Virus record (IMG/VR): IMGVR_UViG_3300005856_000023
Coordinates: 65,011-129,010 of that record
Length of the DNA stretch: 64,000 bases
Reading direction: 5' to 3' (one strand)
DNA from: a virus
The position numbers and the translations under genes were made by a program. Under the pieces are notes generated by a model. It did not search any database and was not told the DNA's origin. It saw nothing but the letters and a program-made list of their open reading frames with translations. Positions 50,438 to 59,493 of this stretch are shown here, in pieces; the stretch's first letter is position 1, and the number at the start of each line of letters is the position of its first letter.

Positions 50438-50971
50438 TTAATCTAATCCAATTTCTAGCGTCTTAAATTCCGGTTTATTTGTTACTTCATCATTACTATT
50501 GTTATTATTATTGTCTACATTAGGTCTTCCTACTTCCATCAATTTTATTTGATTTTTTGCAACATTCAATCCAAACATTAGAAATTCGTATAATACAATT
50601 GTTTCAATTTTTACTCCTACTTTATTCATGCTAATTAGACAATATGTATCTTCAAACTTGAAATTTATGTTTCTGTTTACATTGTCTCTCATGAAATTAA
50701 TATCACTTTTATTCTTAATAGCGTACAGTAATTTTATTATTTCCTCGAACGATAATTTGGTTGTTACTTTTGTATCAGTTTTCAATGTAGTTCCTTTGAA
50801 ATCTCCTTTGTAATCACCTTGAATAGCATTTATGAATACCATAGGTAATTGTGATTCCTTATCAATTACATATTCAAAATTAATTAATCCTTTCCTAGAC
50901 CACAGATTTAACCTCATAATGATAAATTTAGAGTAGTCGTAGATATTTCTTCTTATTAGATTCTGGTTCAT
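50438..50971 (-). CDS. Hypothetical protein
   Basis: 177 aa with a low-complexity acidic tail. Confidence 0.7.
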   Translation of the reverse strand: MNQNLIRRNIYDYSKFIIMRLNLWSRKGLINFEYVIDKESQLPMVFINAIQGDYKGDFKGTTLKTDTKVTTKLSFEEIIKLLYAIKNKSDINFMRDNVNRNINFKFEDTYCLISMNKVGVKIETIVLYEFLMFGLNVAKNQIKLMEVGRPNVDNNNNNSNDEVTNKPEFKTLEIGLD

Positions 50972-50994
50972 GAAAGTTGTCTAAATTTATAGAC

Positions 50995-51588
50995 ATGTTA
51001 GGACTGCAGGAACAGGCTACAAATGTATTGTTTTATTTGATCGTAAAATTTGTTGAGATTGGAAAAGAAGATAGACTATTCAACTATTACATGAAGATAT
51101 ATTTTGAGAACGACGGTGATGATATGACTCATGCTATACTACCATATATCGATTACTCACAAATATCATTTCTCAAAAAATTTGTGAACGATACGCATAT
51201 AGGGCTAGGATTTGTATATGGAAGCCCATATATATTGTTGGCTCATAATTTTGATAGGATAGAAATTGACATAAATTATGAACCGGATTACTACAATAAA
51301 AATCAATTACATGCAATGGAAGTGGTCAAAGAATTGCTGACAGGATTGAAGGAGTTTAAGTATGAACCAATAAAAGAATCTCTATTGAGACCCATGACAA
51401 TATATTATGAGAAAAACAAGCAAATTATGAGAGCATCAGTATACTCAGATTCATTGATAACTTTATCAAAAGAAATTAAAGAAATTGTCGAACATAATTT
51501 GGATGTAATACAAAAAAGATTTGACTATCTTAAGAACATAGAAAATCTATTGGAAGAGAATTTTAAACAAATGGTTACTCAAAAGTAA
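50995..51588 (+). CDS. Hypothetical protein
   Basis: CTAAATTT at -14 from the ATG at 50995. Confidence 0.7.
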   Translation: MLGLQEQATNVLFYLIVKFVEIGKEDRLFNYYMKIYFENDGDDMTHAILPYIDYSQISFLKKFVNDTHIGLGFVYGSPYILLAHNFDRIEIDINYEPDYYNKNQLHAMEVVKELLTGLKEFKYEPIKESLLRPMTIYYEKNKQIMRASVYSDSLITLSKEIKEIVEHNLDVIQKRFDYLKNIENLLEENFKQMVTQK

Positions 51589-51602
51589 AAAAAACATGCC
51601 AT

Positions 51603-52493
51603 TTACCTAAGTAATTTATCTATCTCTTTTTTTGTTGGTATTTTTAGCTCCTTTTTATTTTCCTCTGAGTTATATTTTTTTGTTTTAACAACCATTATTT
51701 TGTTATCATCGTCTAGTTTTACGATAGCAAATGTTACTTGACCATATTTTTTGCTTACAGTATCTATTATTAATGTTCCTTTGTCTGTTTGATAGAATTT
51801 AGCATAACCTTTTGTTATAATTTCTATTTTACCTGCTCCATACCCTTCTTTTATCTCTCCTTCAAAGTCAATCCAATATGATTCATGTATTGGTTGTGGT
51901 ATACCTAAGCTTTTGCTTTGCTCAAATGGATTGTATCTGAATGCTATGCTATAAACATAATCCTTAGCATACTCAATTCTAAAATCAAAGTGTACACCAG
52001 CTCTTTTGGCTATATGCTTATGCAGTACAAATCTATATGCAGTTGTATTTGTTTTAGTTTTGCTAATAGTTTTTGTGCTTTCCGTTTCTACGTATGATAA
52101 AGACAAAGATTCTTGTTTCAATTCTATATTTTCGTAACTAGATTCAAAATCCTCTATAAATAGTTTTGTTATACTATCTACAATATCTTTATTTTCCAAA
52201 TAGAACTGATCTAGGCTTTGCATAACATCTAGTCTATTTGATGATATATCTTCGAGCATATCAATTATTTGTTCTTTGAAATCGTTGTTTGTAACATAGT
52301 AGTTGATTAAAGATTTATCCTCATCAGATAAAGTTATATCCTTAAAAGCTAGATAAATGTAAAAAGATAGTTTATCAAGAAAGATATCATCTTCAAGTAA
52401 ATCATAAACATTGTATCTGTTAACAAAAGGTTGTAACAATAATGTTGCAACATATAGGAGTAGTTGTTCCATATTTGTTATTTGTTGTAGCAT
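51603..52493 (-). CDS. Protein with C-terminal LigD-type 3'-phosphoesterase domain
   Basis: FVLHKHIAKRAGVHFDFRIE...H..YWIDFEGEI..GYGAG. Confidence 0.8.
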   Translation of the reverse strand: MLQQITNMEQLLLYVATLLLQPFVNRYNVYDLLEDDIFLDKLSFYIYLAFKDITLSDEDKSLINYYVTNNDFKEQIIDMLEDISSNRLDVMQSLDQFYLENKDIVDSITKLFIEDFESSYENIELKQESLSLSYVETESTKTISKTKTNTTAYRFVLHKHIAKRAGVHFDFRIEYAKDYVYSIAFRYNPFEQSKSLGIPQPIHESYWIDFEGEIKEGYGAGKIEIITKGYAKFYQTDKGTLIIDTVSKKYGQVTFAIVKLDDDNKIMVVKTKKYNSEENKKELKIPTKKEIDKLLR

Positions 52494-52535
52494 TTTTTCT
52501 TTTACTGCTTTTTTTATTTGTCGCAAATAAAAAAA

Positions 52536-52928
52536 TCAAAACATATTGTAAGCAATCAAAACCTTTTTCACATAAGTTGATTTTCTTGATAATTTTTTAT
52601 TCTCACCCTTATTATAGCAATCCAAAGCTAATAATTTATCCTTAGTTTTCTCGTAGCAATATAAATAAATTTCTGCTCCCAATCTTACATTCAAATATGG
52701 ATTAAAAATTTTCTTTTTTGGTATTTTGTACTTCTTTAACCAATATTGATTGATTTGAACTAATCCATATGATTTGTTACCGACAGCAAATGAATTAAAT
52801 TTTGATTCAACATAAACTATGGATTTAAGCAATTTATAATCCATATTAACCTCATAAGCAACTTTTTTAAATAAGCTATCAAATTCACAGAAATTTAAAG
52901 AGCAAGCCAATATAACATCTATTATCAT
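52536..52928 (-). CDS. Lytic transglycosylase (SLT domain)
   Basis: VESKFN, GLVQIN and YNKG motifs. Confidence 0.88.
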   Translation of the reverse strand: MIIDVILACSLNFCEFDSLFKKVAYEVNMDYKLLKSIVYVESKFNSFAVGNKSYGLVQINQYWLKKYKIPKKKIFNPYLNVRLGAEIYLYCYEKTKDKLLALDCYNKGENKKLSRKSTYVKKVLIAYNMF

Positions 52929-53416
52929 ATACCTGTGCTCCCAAATCCTTTATCACTTCTTATTGTCTCACTTAATTCATTGGAAACAATAAGATTTGCT
53001 CTATATACTCTACTCAATATTGCTTGAGCAATTCTATCACCTCTTTGTATTGTGAATGGTGAATTGCCTAAGTTTATCAATATAACCTTTATTTCTCCTC
53101 TATAATCCCAATCTATTGTTCCTGGGCTATTTAAAACCGTTACTTTATAGTTTAGTGCCAATCCGCTTCTAGGTCTAATTTGTAATTCATAACCTCTAGG
53201 CAATTCAATCATAATACCTGTTGGTATTAATCTTGTCTCAAATGGTGGTATTATTATTCGATCTTCTATTGCAGCATACAGATCAAATCCAGCTGCTCCA
53301 TCTGTCATGTATCTTGGTATGGGTAATGTTCTAGCATGAGGTAGTACCTTGATTTTAACATCAATAGAAAATAATTTGTCAAATAGTTTGTTTAGAACTG
53401 TGCTTACTATATTCAT
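52925..53416 (-). CDS. dut: Trimeric dUTPase
   Basis: AAGFDL, RPRSGLA, GTIDWDYRGEI, RIAQ and R..KGFGSTG. Start at 53416 has the CTAAA motif at -14. Confidence 0.96.
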   Translation of the reverse strand: MNIVSTVLNKLFDKLFSIDVKIKVLPHARTLPIPRYMTDGAAGFDLYAAIEDRIIIPPFETRLIPTGIMIELPRGYELQIRPRSGLALNYKVTVLNSPGTIDWDYRGEIKVILINLGNSPFTIQRGDRIAQAILSRVYRANLIVSNELSETIRSDKGFGSTGI

Positions 53417-53561
53417 AGAGTAAATTTTAGACTTGGTGAGCAAAAAATATTGTTTATAATGACAACGAATAATCAATACTATCAAAATACTCATTGAAAA
53501 CGAAATTTATTCGTATTTGCAAAAATTATGAGGTAAAAAAAAGAAGAGAGAAAAAGGAGCT

Positions 53562-53741
53562 TTATTGAAACACAACCTCGCCAGTTGACAAATACCATGT
53601 CCACTCTACGCTTTCAATTTTGATTATCTTTTCTTTTTGTTTTAAAATCTTTTGCCAATCATCGTTTACATCGACTAATAATACATTATCAACGAAATAA
53701 ATTCTCAAAAATCTTTCATTCCTCAACTTCTCCTTGTCCAT
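53562..53741 (-). CDS. Small hypothetical protein (59 aa, not in ORF track)
   Basis: MDKEKLRNERFLRIYF...GEVVFQ*; CTAAATTT at -14 and a T-rich tract downstream. Confidence 0.6.
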   Translation of the reverse strand: MDKEKLRNERFLRIYFVDNVLLVDVNDDWQKILKQKEKIIKIESVEWTWYLSTGEVVFQ

Positions 53742-53832
53742 ATTAATAAATTTAGGCAGATGTTTATTTTGATCTTAAAGTGATTTTTTTTGTTATTGTT
53801 TTGTGAACTACTCCACCTTAATAAGAACCTTG

Positions 53833-54378
53833 TCAAGTCTTTTGCAAGATAACATCTAGCAAAGAGATTAAACTTATACTCTTGTACTCGTTATCAAGTT
53901 GATCTTTAGCTGATTTTCCGTTTGCTGTAACTAGCAAAGGTTCGTTACGTGTAAAACCTTTAATGATAGCTCTGTTTTCCAAAACAATGGGAGAAGTTGA
54001 CCAATTATAAACTGGGATCGGATTTCTTTTCTCTATCTTCAATACCTGAGATAAAGTGAGCATACCAGTACTTTGATAGAGATTAATTTTAGCCCAGAAA
54101 CTTTCGTTGTTAAGTAGTTTATGATGTAGTTGTTCAAATGTTAGTGAAGCTATACCATGTGGAACATGTATTGTAATTCGTGTATCAGCAACACCTGTTA
54201 TTAAACAACTATCTTTATTGTTTGCTTCAAAGACTAACAGATATAATTCATTAACAAATTCTACTTCTACATCAGATAACTCTTTTGTAATGTAATTTCC
54301 ATTTACAATAAATATTTTTTTGTCAAAATTCCAATATTTTTGTATGCTTTTTTGTATTTGTTCTCGCAATATCTGCAT
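53833..54378 (-). CDS. Hypothetical protein with a degenerate Hint-like segment
   Basis: CLITGVADTRITI..G..TFEQL...FTRNEPLLVTANG; AGCA-N9-ATG. Confidence 0.5.
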   Translation of the reverse strand: MQILREQIQKSIQKYWNFDKKIFIVNGNYITKELSDVEVEFVNELYLLVFEANNKDSCLITGVADTRITIHVPHGIASLTFEQLHHKLLNNESFWAKINLYQSTGMLTLSQVLKIEKRNPIPVYNWSTSPIVLENRAIIKGFTRNEPLLVTANGKSAKDQLDNEYKSISLISLLDVILQKT

Positions 54379-54426
54379 ATTCTTAGTTGCTGTTAATTGC
54401 TTTATATAACATCTAGACAAAAAATT

Positions 54427-54609
54427 TTAGAATACAAAAGGATGATTAATTTTTTGTTTAGATTGACTAGATAATTTATGTTCTAATTCTTTTTGTTTCT
54501 CTGCAATTTTAGTTGCTTGAACATGAAATATAATCATAAAACTAGCGGGTAAATTAAAAATATCTAAATCCTTAATTTCCAAAACCAGAGCATTGCTCAA
54601 AAATGTCAT
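54427..54609 (-). CDS. Small protein, possible baseplate hub assembly factor
   Basis: 60 aa, immediately downstream of the gp26-like gene. Confidence 0.4.
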   Translation of the reverse strand: MTFLSNALVLEIKDLDIFNLPASFMIIFHVQATKIAEKQKELEHKLSSQSKQKINHPFVF

Positions 54610-54620
54610 TGGACTTAATT

Positions 54621-55505
54621 TTACTGCATGAAGATGCTGAAAAAATGCTGTATAGGTTCAAATGTAATCTCATTTTGATTTCCACATTCCTGACACGTAA
54701 ACATATACTTTAAATTAATTCTTTCCTGTCGATAAGGTTCAATAGCTTTGTTGAGTTTTCTTGTTATGATTTTGACTAGACTTTCAGGTAAATCTCTTAA
54801 TGCAGATACGTTTCCGCTTGTAGCATTATACATCAGTTTAATTTTCTCCTGAGGTCCAGTTTCAAATATATATAAACTGTGAACATACTCAAAATTTGCA
54901 AAGGGAGCATTTATTACATCCTCAATATTTATACAAGCCAAGGGAAAACCAACTTTTATTCTAATATCTAGATTTTCCACATTTATATTTACATCTGTTG
55001 GTTCAAGACTCTTTTCTGGTAATTCAAAAATCAGTGGATAGATAGGTTTCTCTATCTCAAATTGCTCTCTTAGGTTTTTTATATGTTCAAGTATGTCAAT
55101 ATTGGGATTGTTGAATAAATTCAAATCATATGTGAGCACAAAATTATTTTCACTGTTGCATTTGGAGCAATATTCCTTCACTTCAATAACAGTTAATGTT
55201 GCTAGCAACTCAATTATCGGTAGTATGAGATAATGTTTTTCTTCTAGTGTGATTTTTTTACTAACTTGATCATACTCTTCTACACAATTCTCAACATAAT
55301 TATCTATGATTTTATACAGGAACTTTATTCTCTCTAGACTTTGTTCTTCCTTATCTACATTACCAGCTGTTTGCAATGCTAAAAGATTGTTCATGATATT
55401 TATTCTTTGTTTTGCTAGCGGTTCTTTTATTGTTACATATTGATTACTTTGAGGTAGATAAACTCTGACTCTCTTGCGAAGCTCTTCAAACTTACTCTTT
55501 TGCAT
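54621..55505 (-). CDS. Baseplate hub assembly protein (T4 gp26-like)
   Basis: LPQS..V.IKEP start, with CSKC and CQECG zinc-ribbon pairs. Confidence 0.65.
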   Translation of the reverse strand: MQKSKFEELRKRVRVYLPQSNQYVTIKEPLAKQRINIMNNLLALQTAGNVDKEEQSLERIKFLYKIIDNYVENCVEEYDQVSKKITLEEKHYLILPIIELLATLTVIEVKEYCSKCNSENNFVLTYDLNLFNNPNIDILEHIKNLREQFEIEKPIYPLIFELPEKSLEPTDVNINVENLDIRIKVGFPLACINIEDVINAPFANFEYVHSLYIFETGPQEKIKLMYNATSGNVSALRDLPESLVKIITRKLNKAIEPYRQERINLKYMFTCQECGNQNEITFEPIQHFFSIFMQ

Positions 55506-55598
55506 GTTTGGTATTGCTTTGTATTGTATAAAAAATAGCAAATATTTATTATGAAGGGCAAGAAGAAGAAGCAGAAAGGCGGAAAAAAGTAATCAATA

Positions 55599-56093
55599 CT
55601 ATATAACCATAATAGTACTATGACTAATCAATTTTGATAGTATAACCTCATATCTTGTGATGCGAATATGATAATTTTTATTCAATGTTGTAATATAGTC
55701 TTTAATTTTTTGTTCACTGCACAAAACAATTATTGAATCTGTGGTCATATCTTTAATCTCCGTTTGATCAAAATAATCTACTCTCAATATTCTTTTGTTT
55801 ATTTCTGCTATGTAGTTCGTTTTGAATTTTTTGTGAAATTCTATCATCAGTGATTTCTTATCTCTGCTAGCCATGATACCAAAATCACTACTCAAAATGT
55901 CATTGTATTGATCTGATTTAATGAAGTCAACTAACCTATCAAACTTTCTAACATTTGCTGATAAATATCTCATAGTTTGAAAGAAGCCATCAATTAAATC
56001 TATCTCATAGAGGTAGGGATCTTTAAATACATACACGGATGGTAAAATACCATTATCGCGGAATATATGTTTAATCAATGTATCTGATAGCAT
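55599..56093 (-). CDS. Hypothetical protein with polymerase-palm-like motifs
   Basis: YEIDLIDGF (motif A-like) and TTDSII (motif C-like). Confidence 0.45.
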   Translation of the reverse strand: MLSDTLIKHIFRDNGILPSVYVFKDPYLYEIDLIDGFFQTMRYLSANVRKFDRLVDFIKSDQYNDILSSDFGIMASRDKKSLMIEFHKKFKTNYIAEINKRILRVDYFDQTEIKDMTTDSIIVLCSEQKIKDYITTLNKNYHIRITRYEVILSKLISHSTIMVI

Positions 56094-56131
56094 ATAACTA
56101 AGTTTAGATATGTTGTATAAGCATCGTAATC

Positions 56132-57400
56132 ATGTTTAAATTGGGTAACTTTGCTTTTGTTGGTAAAGATGTATCAGACAGATATAAAGATATTGATTAC
56201 TTTTTGTATCAACAACATCTTGATGTACTAGCAACATCAAACTGGGTATTATTCAAACCATTTTATCAAAAAGATATTGACACTTCTAGATTGTATAATA
56301 AAATCAAAATGCTACTAATAGTTATGTTGCTTGCTAATGATCCCAGCTATACAAATTTAGTAAATTGGTTCAAAGGTGTAGACGGATTGCAAGTAGCTGA
56401 TTCACTTCCACATCTTATATTACAGCATTTCAAAGTTCTTGAACAATATTTAAGGGAAGGCGTAAATTTTACAGGTGTAACAAAATTTACAACAAACGGT
56501 TTCAGTAAACAATTAGCTAAGGTAAAAAACAAACTAACAAATGTAAGTAACTTAGTATACTTGGCTAGAGAACTGGATATCAGTCTGCAGTACAACAATA
56601 CACTAGAAAATGATGTAGGTATACAATTGTTAAATTTTGGTATAGAGATGGCATCGGGTATTATTGCAAATGTAGCAATATTAGCTGCTATTGGTAAATT
56701 GCTTACAGATACTATTAAGCAACTGATACCAAATCAAATATTTACTAGCTTAGATAGTGGTTTAAACAAAATAACTGACATTATTAGAAATTTAGTGTTA
56801 GCTAAACAACCAGCTTATCCTCAAGCATATGAGAGTAGCACATACTTACTATCAGTTAATATTAATATGAGATTTGTTGCAAACAGTTTCAATGAATTTA
56901 CTGAGAATATATTAGTACCTCTTATTGGTTTGTATATGATATCTGCTCCTACTTTATGGAGTGATTATTGGTCTAATAATGATGATGCTATATCTCAATT
57001 TCTTAAATCTGGAACATTTCTAAGCAGATTATTTACTGCTCCACCTTATATGTTTTCATGTCTAGTTCCAGGACAAGTTTTTATACCACTAGCCGCAGTT
57101 CAAAACATTAGTTTTACTCCATCTAAAGAGACTTTTATTTCAGGTCATCCGAAGTATGTTGATGTAAATATGACTGTCATTGATCTCGTACCTGTTTTAT
57201 TGTTTTCATCAACAACAGAAGATGGAACACCATCATTCAATCCTCTAGCAGCAGGTTTCCAAGCTCCAAGTAACTATAGAAAGCGATTCATAGAGGAGTT
57301 AATGAAACTTGAAAATGAATTTGAAGTTAAAGAGAATGCTCAAAAAATTTTAGTATTAGGTCATCCTATACTTAAAAATATAAAGCAGCAACAATACTAA
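56132..57400 (+). CDS. Probable tail/baseplate structural protein
   Basis: C-terminal PLAAVQNISFT...GHPKYVDVNMTVIDL pattern of tube/baseplate-type folds; AGCA-N8-ATG. Confidence 0.5.
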   Translation: MFKLGNFAFVGKDVSDRYKDIDYFLYQQHLDVLATSNWVLFKPFYQKDIDTSRLYNKIKMLLIVMLLANDPSYTNLVNWFKGVDGLQVADSLPHLILQHFKVLEQYLREGVNFTGVTKFTTNGFSKQLAKVKNKLTNVSNLVYLARELDISLQYNNTLENDVGIQLLNFGIEMASGIIANVAILAAIGKLLTDTIKQLIPNQIFTSLDSGLNKITDIIRNLVLAKQPAYPQAYESSTYLLSVNINMRFVANSFNEFTENILVPLIGLYMISAPTLWSDYWSNNDDAISQFLKSGTFLSRLFTAPPYMFSCLVPGQVFIPLAAVQNISFTPSKETFISGHPKYVDVNMTVIDLVPVLLFSSTTEDGTPSFNPLAAGFQAPSNYRKRFIEELMKLENEFEVKENAQKILVLGHPILKNIKQQQY

Positions 57401-57410
57401 ATTTTTTTGT

Positions 57411-59231
57411 ATGAAGTTTGATAACTGCGCTTCATGTATGTTAAGAGATCGTCCTATTGTTATGGAGGATTACATAGATAATGGATCAGATCAAACTATT
57501 ATGTTAGTTGGTGAAGCACCAGGCTACACAGAAGCAAAAACCGGTAAGCCATTTACAGGTAAATCAGGCTCCATAATTCGTAACATTATAAAACAAATCA
57601 AAAACTACAATATTGTAATAACAAATAGTGTTTTATGTCATCCAGATAAGAATGAAACTCCAAATGATACTGTGCTAACAAAATGTAGACCAAACATCAT
57701 TAATCAAATACAAAAATATTCACCTGTTAAAATTATTACACTAGGTAATAGAGGCTTGCAACAAATATGTAAAATTTACCAACTTAAGCATATTAAAGCA
57801 TCACAAAAAGGATTTATAGACACTGTTTTGGATAGGAATACTAAACAAAAGATAGAAATTTATGCAACATATCATCCAGCTTACTATTTGAGAAGTAGAG
57901 AAGAGAATATCATAAATCATATTTTGGATACATTTAAGCAAGCAACAAATAATCCAAATCTAGTCTACATAGATACAGCAAGCAAAGTAGAAGCAGCAAA
58001 ACAATTAGAGTTCTTACAATCAGAATATGATAGTGCTAAGAATTTAGATTTGGATATTGATTTAGATGGATATGATATAATATCCTGCTTTGAACATGAA
58101 AATTATATGTTGTTATGTTTATACAAACCTGAAGCAGGCAAAAAAATTATCGGATTACCAATTCAAACTTTTGTACATAATTTTGATGCAGACAAAAAAT
58201 TCAATTTCGCTACATTTGTAACAGGAGATAAAAAAGAACTCAGAATTGTTAGCAGAAATTACAATAAAATACTTAGTGACTACATAAAAAATATAAATGG
58301 CAAAAGTTCTTCATTTGGAGTTATAGAGGGCAGTTTAGTTCAGAATTTTGCGTTATTCCTATCAATATCTAGAAATAGATCGTTTCACAAACCCAGTTAT
58401 ATATACTTGGATATAGAAGTTTTAAACAATGAAGGAGAATTTCCAGATCCAGTTGTAGCTGATAGACCCATCATATGTTACAGTTATATGGATAACAATA
58501 AGAACAAAATATATAGTTGTTACTTGCAAACAAAACATATAGATTTACAAACAGTAAAAAAATATTTACCAGAACAAGTTAGTCAAGAAATTGAATTGAT
58601 TGCTTTCGAAAATGAAAAGGATTTAGTTGTTCATATAACCAATAAGATAAAAGATGAGTTTGCTTTGTATGTTGGTTGGAATGTTGGCTTTGACGTATCA
58701 TACATTATAAACAGATACATAAAGCTAACAAACGATAGTTCCATTATTCCCTGTAAAGTGAATGATGAAAAGAATGTGGGTATAGATTGTGATTTAGTCT
58801 ATGGTGCAACAATAGATTTGTTAAAGATGTATCGCAATATAAAACCAGATCTAACATCTTACTCTTTGGATAATGTCTCAAAATTAGAATTAAAATCCAG
58901 CAAAGTAAAAATAAACAAATCCTTAAAACAAATCTGGGATGAAGATCCAAGCTTAGTTATTGCATACAACATATATGACACTATTCTGGTTAGCATGATA
59001 GATGAAAAATACAAGTTTGTAGACCAATATCACTATTTGAGATCTTTGTATGAATTACCTTTTAACGAGAAATTTGTTAACAGTAAAGTTTTAGCTACAA
59101 CTATTAAGTTGATTGCAATTGCTCTGAGACATAATCTAATTCCAACTATGTTAGCTAGCAAAACAATTGATTCATATACAGGAGCATATGTAAGAGAGTT
59201 TATAAAAGGTGTATTTAGAGTAGAATCTTAA
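57411..59231 (+). CDS. Family-4 uracil-DNA glycosylase fused to the PolB 3'-5' exonuclease half (split DNA polymerase)
   Basis: CxxC, VGEAPG, PFTGKSG and TYHPAY, then YLDIEV, GWNVGFDV, SYSLDNVS and YNIYDT. Ends shortly after YTGAYV, before polymerase motif A. Confidence 0.9.
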   Translation: MKFDNCASCMLRDRPIVMEDYIDNGSDQTIMLVGEAPGYTEAKTGKPFTGKSGSIIRNIIKQIKNYNIVITNSVLCHPDKNETPNDTVLTKCRPNIINQIQKYSPVKIITLGNRGLQQICKIYQLKHIKASQKGFIDTVLDRNTKQKIEIYATYHPAYYLRSREENIINHILDTFKQATNNPNLVYIDTASKVEAAKQLEFLQSEYDSAKNLDLDIDLDGYDIISCFEHENYMLLCLYKPEAGKKIIGLPIQTFVHNFDADKKFNFATFVTGDKKELRIVSRNYNKILSDYIKNINGKSSSFGVIEGSLVQNFALFLSISRNRSFHKPSYIYLDIEVLNNEGEFPDPVVADRPIICYSYMDNNKNKIYSCYLQTKHIDLQTVKKYLPEQVSQEIELIAFENEKDLVVHITNKIKDEFALYVGWNVGFDVSYIINRYIKLTNDSSIIPCKVNDEKNVGIDCDLVYGATIDLLKMYRNIKPDLTSYSLDNVSKLELKSSKVKINKSLKQIWDEDPSLVIAYNIYDTILVSMIDEKYKFVDQYHYLRSLYELPFNEKFVNSKVLATTIKLIAIALRHNLIPTMLASKTIDSYTGAYVREFIKGVFRVES

Positions 59232-59277
59232 TATTAGGATTTTTTTGTCTAATAACAACTGTACTAAATTTAGAGAT

Positions 59278-59481
59278 ATGAGTAATTTATCTAGGCCGTA
59301 TTACATCTTACTAAATAATAGTTCAAATGAAGTTGATTTGTCTAGCATTGTACAATTTGTTAGAAGACAACTAGGACCAAATGCTAACATAAAAGTTATA
59401 AGAAAGCAACCACAACATATTGATCCGCTATTCCGATTGAGATATAAAAGAATTACAATAGATATTTATGAAGAAGCTTAA
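59278..59481 (+). CDS. Small hypothetical protein
   Basis: CTAAATTT at -14. Confidence 0.6.
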   Translation: MSNLSRPYYILLNNSSNEVDLSSIVQFVRRQLGPNANIKVIRKQPQHIDPLFRLRYKRITIDIYEEA

Positions 59482-59493
59482 CAAAAAAACAGC

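Noticed and set aside
52925-59231. Uracil-substituted genome as in AR9/PBS1
   Set aside because: dUTPase, ThyX and an apparently intact UDG domain all act against uracil in DNA.
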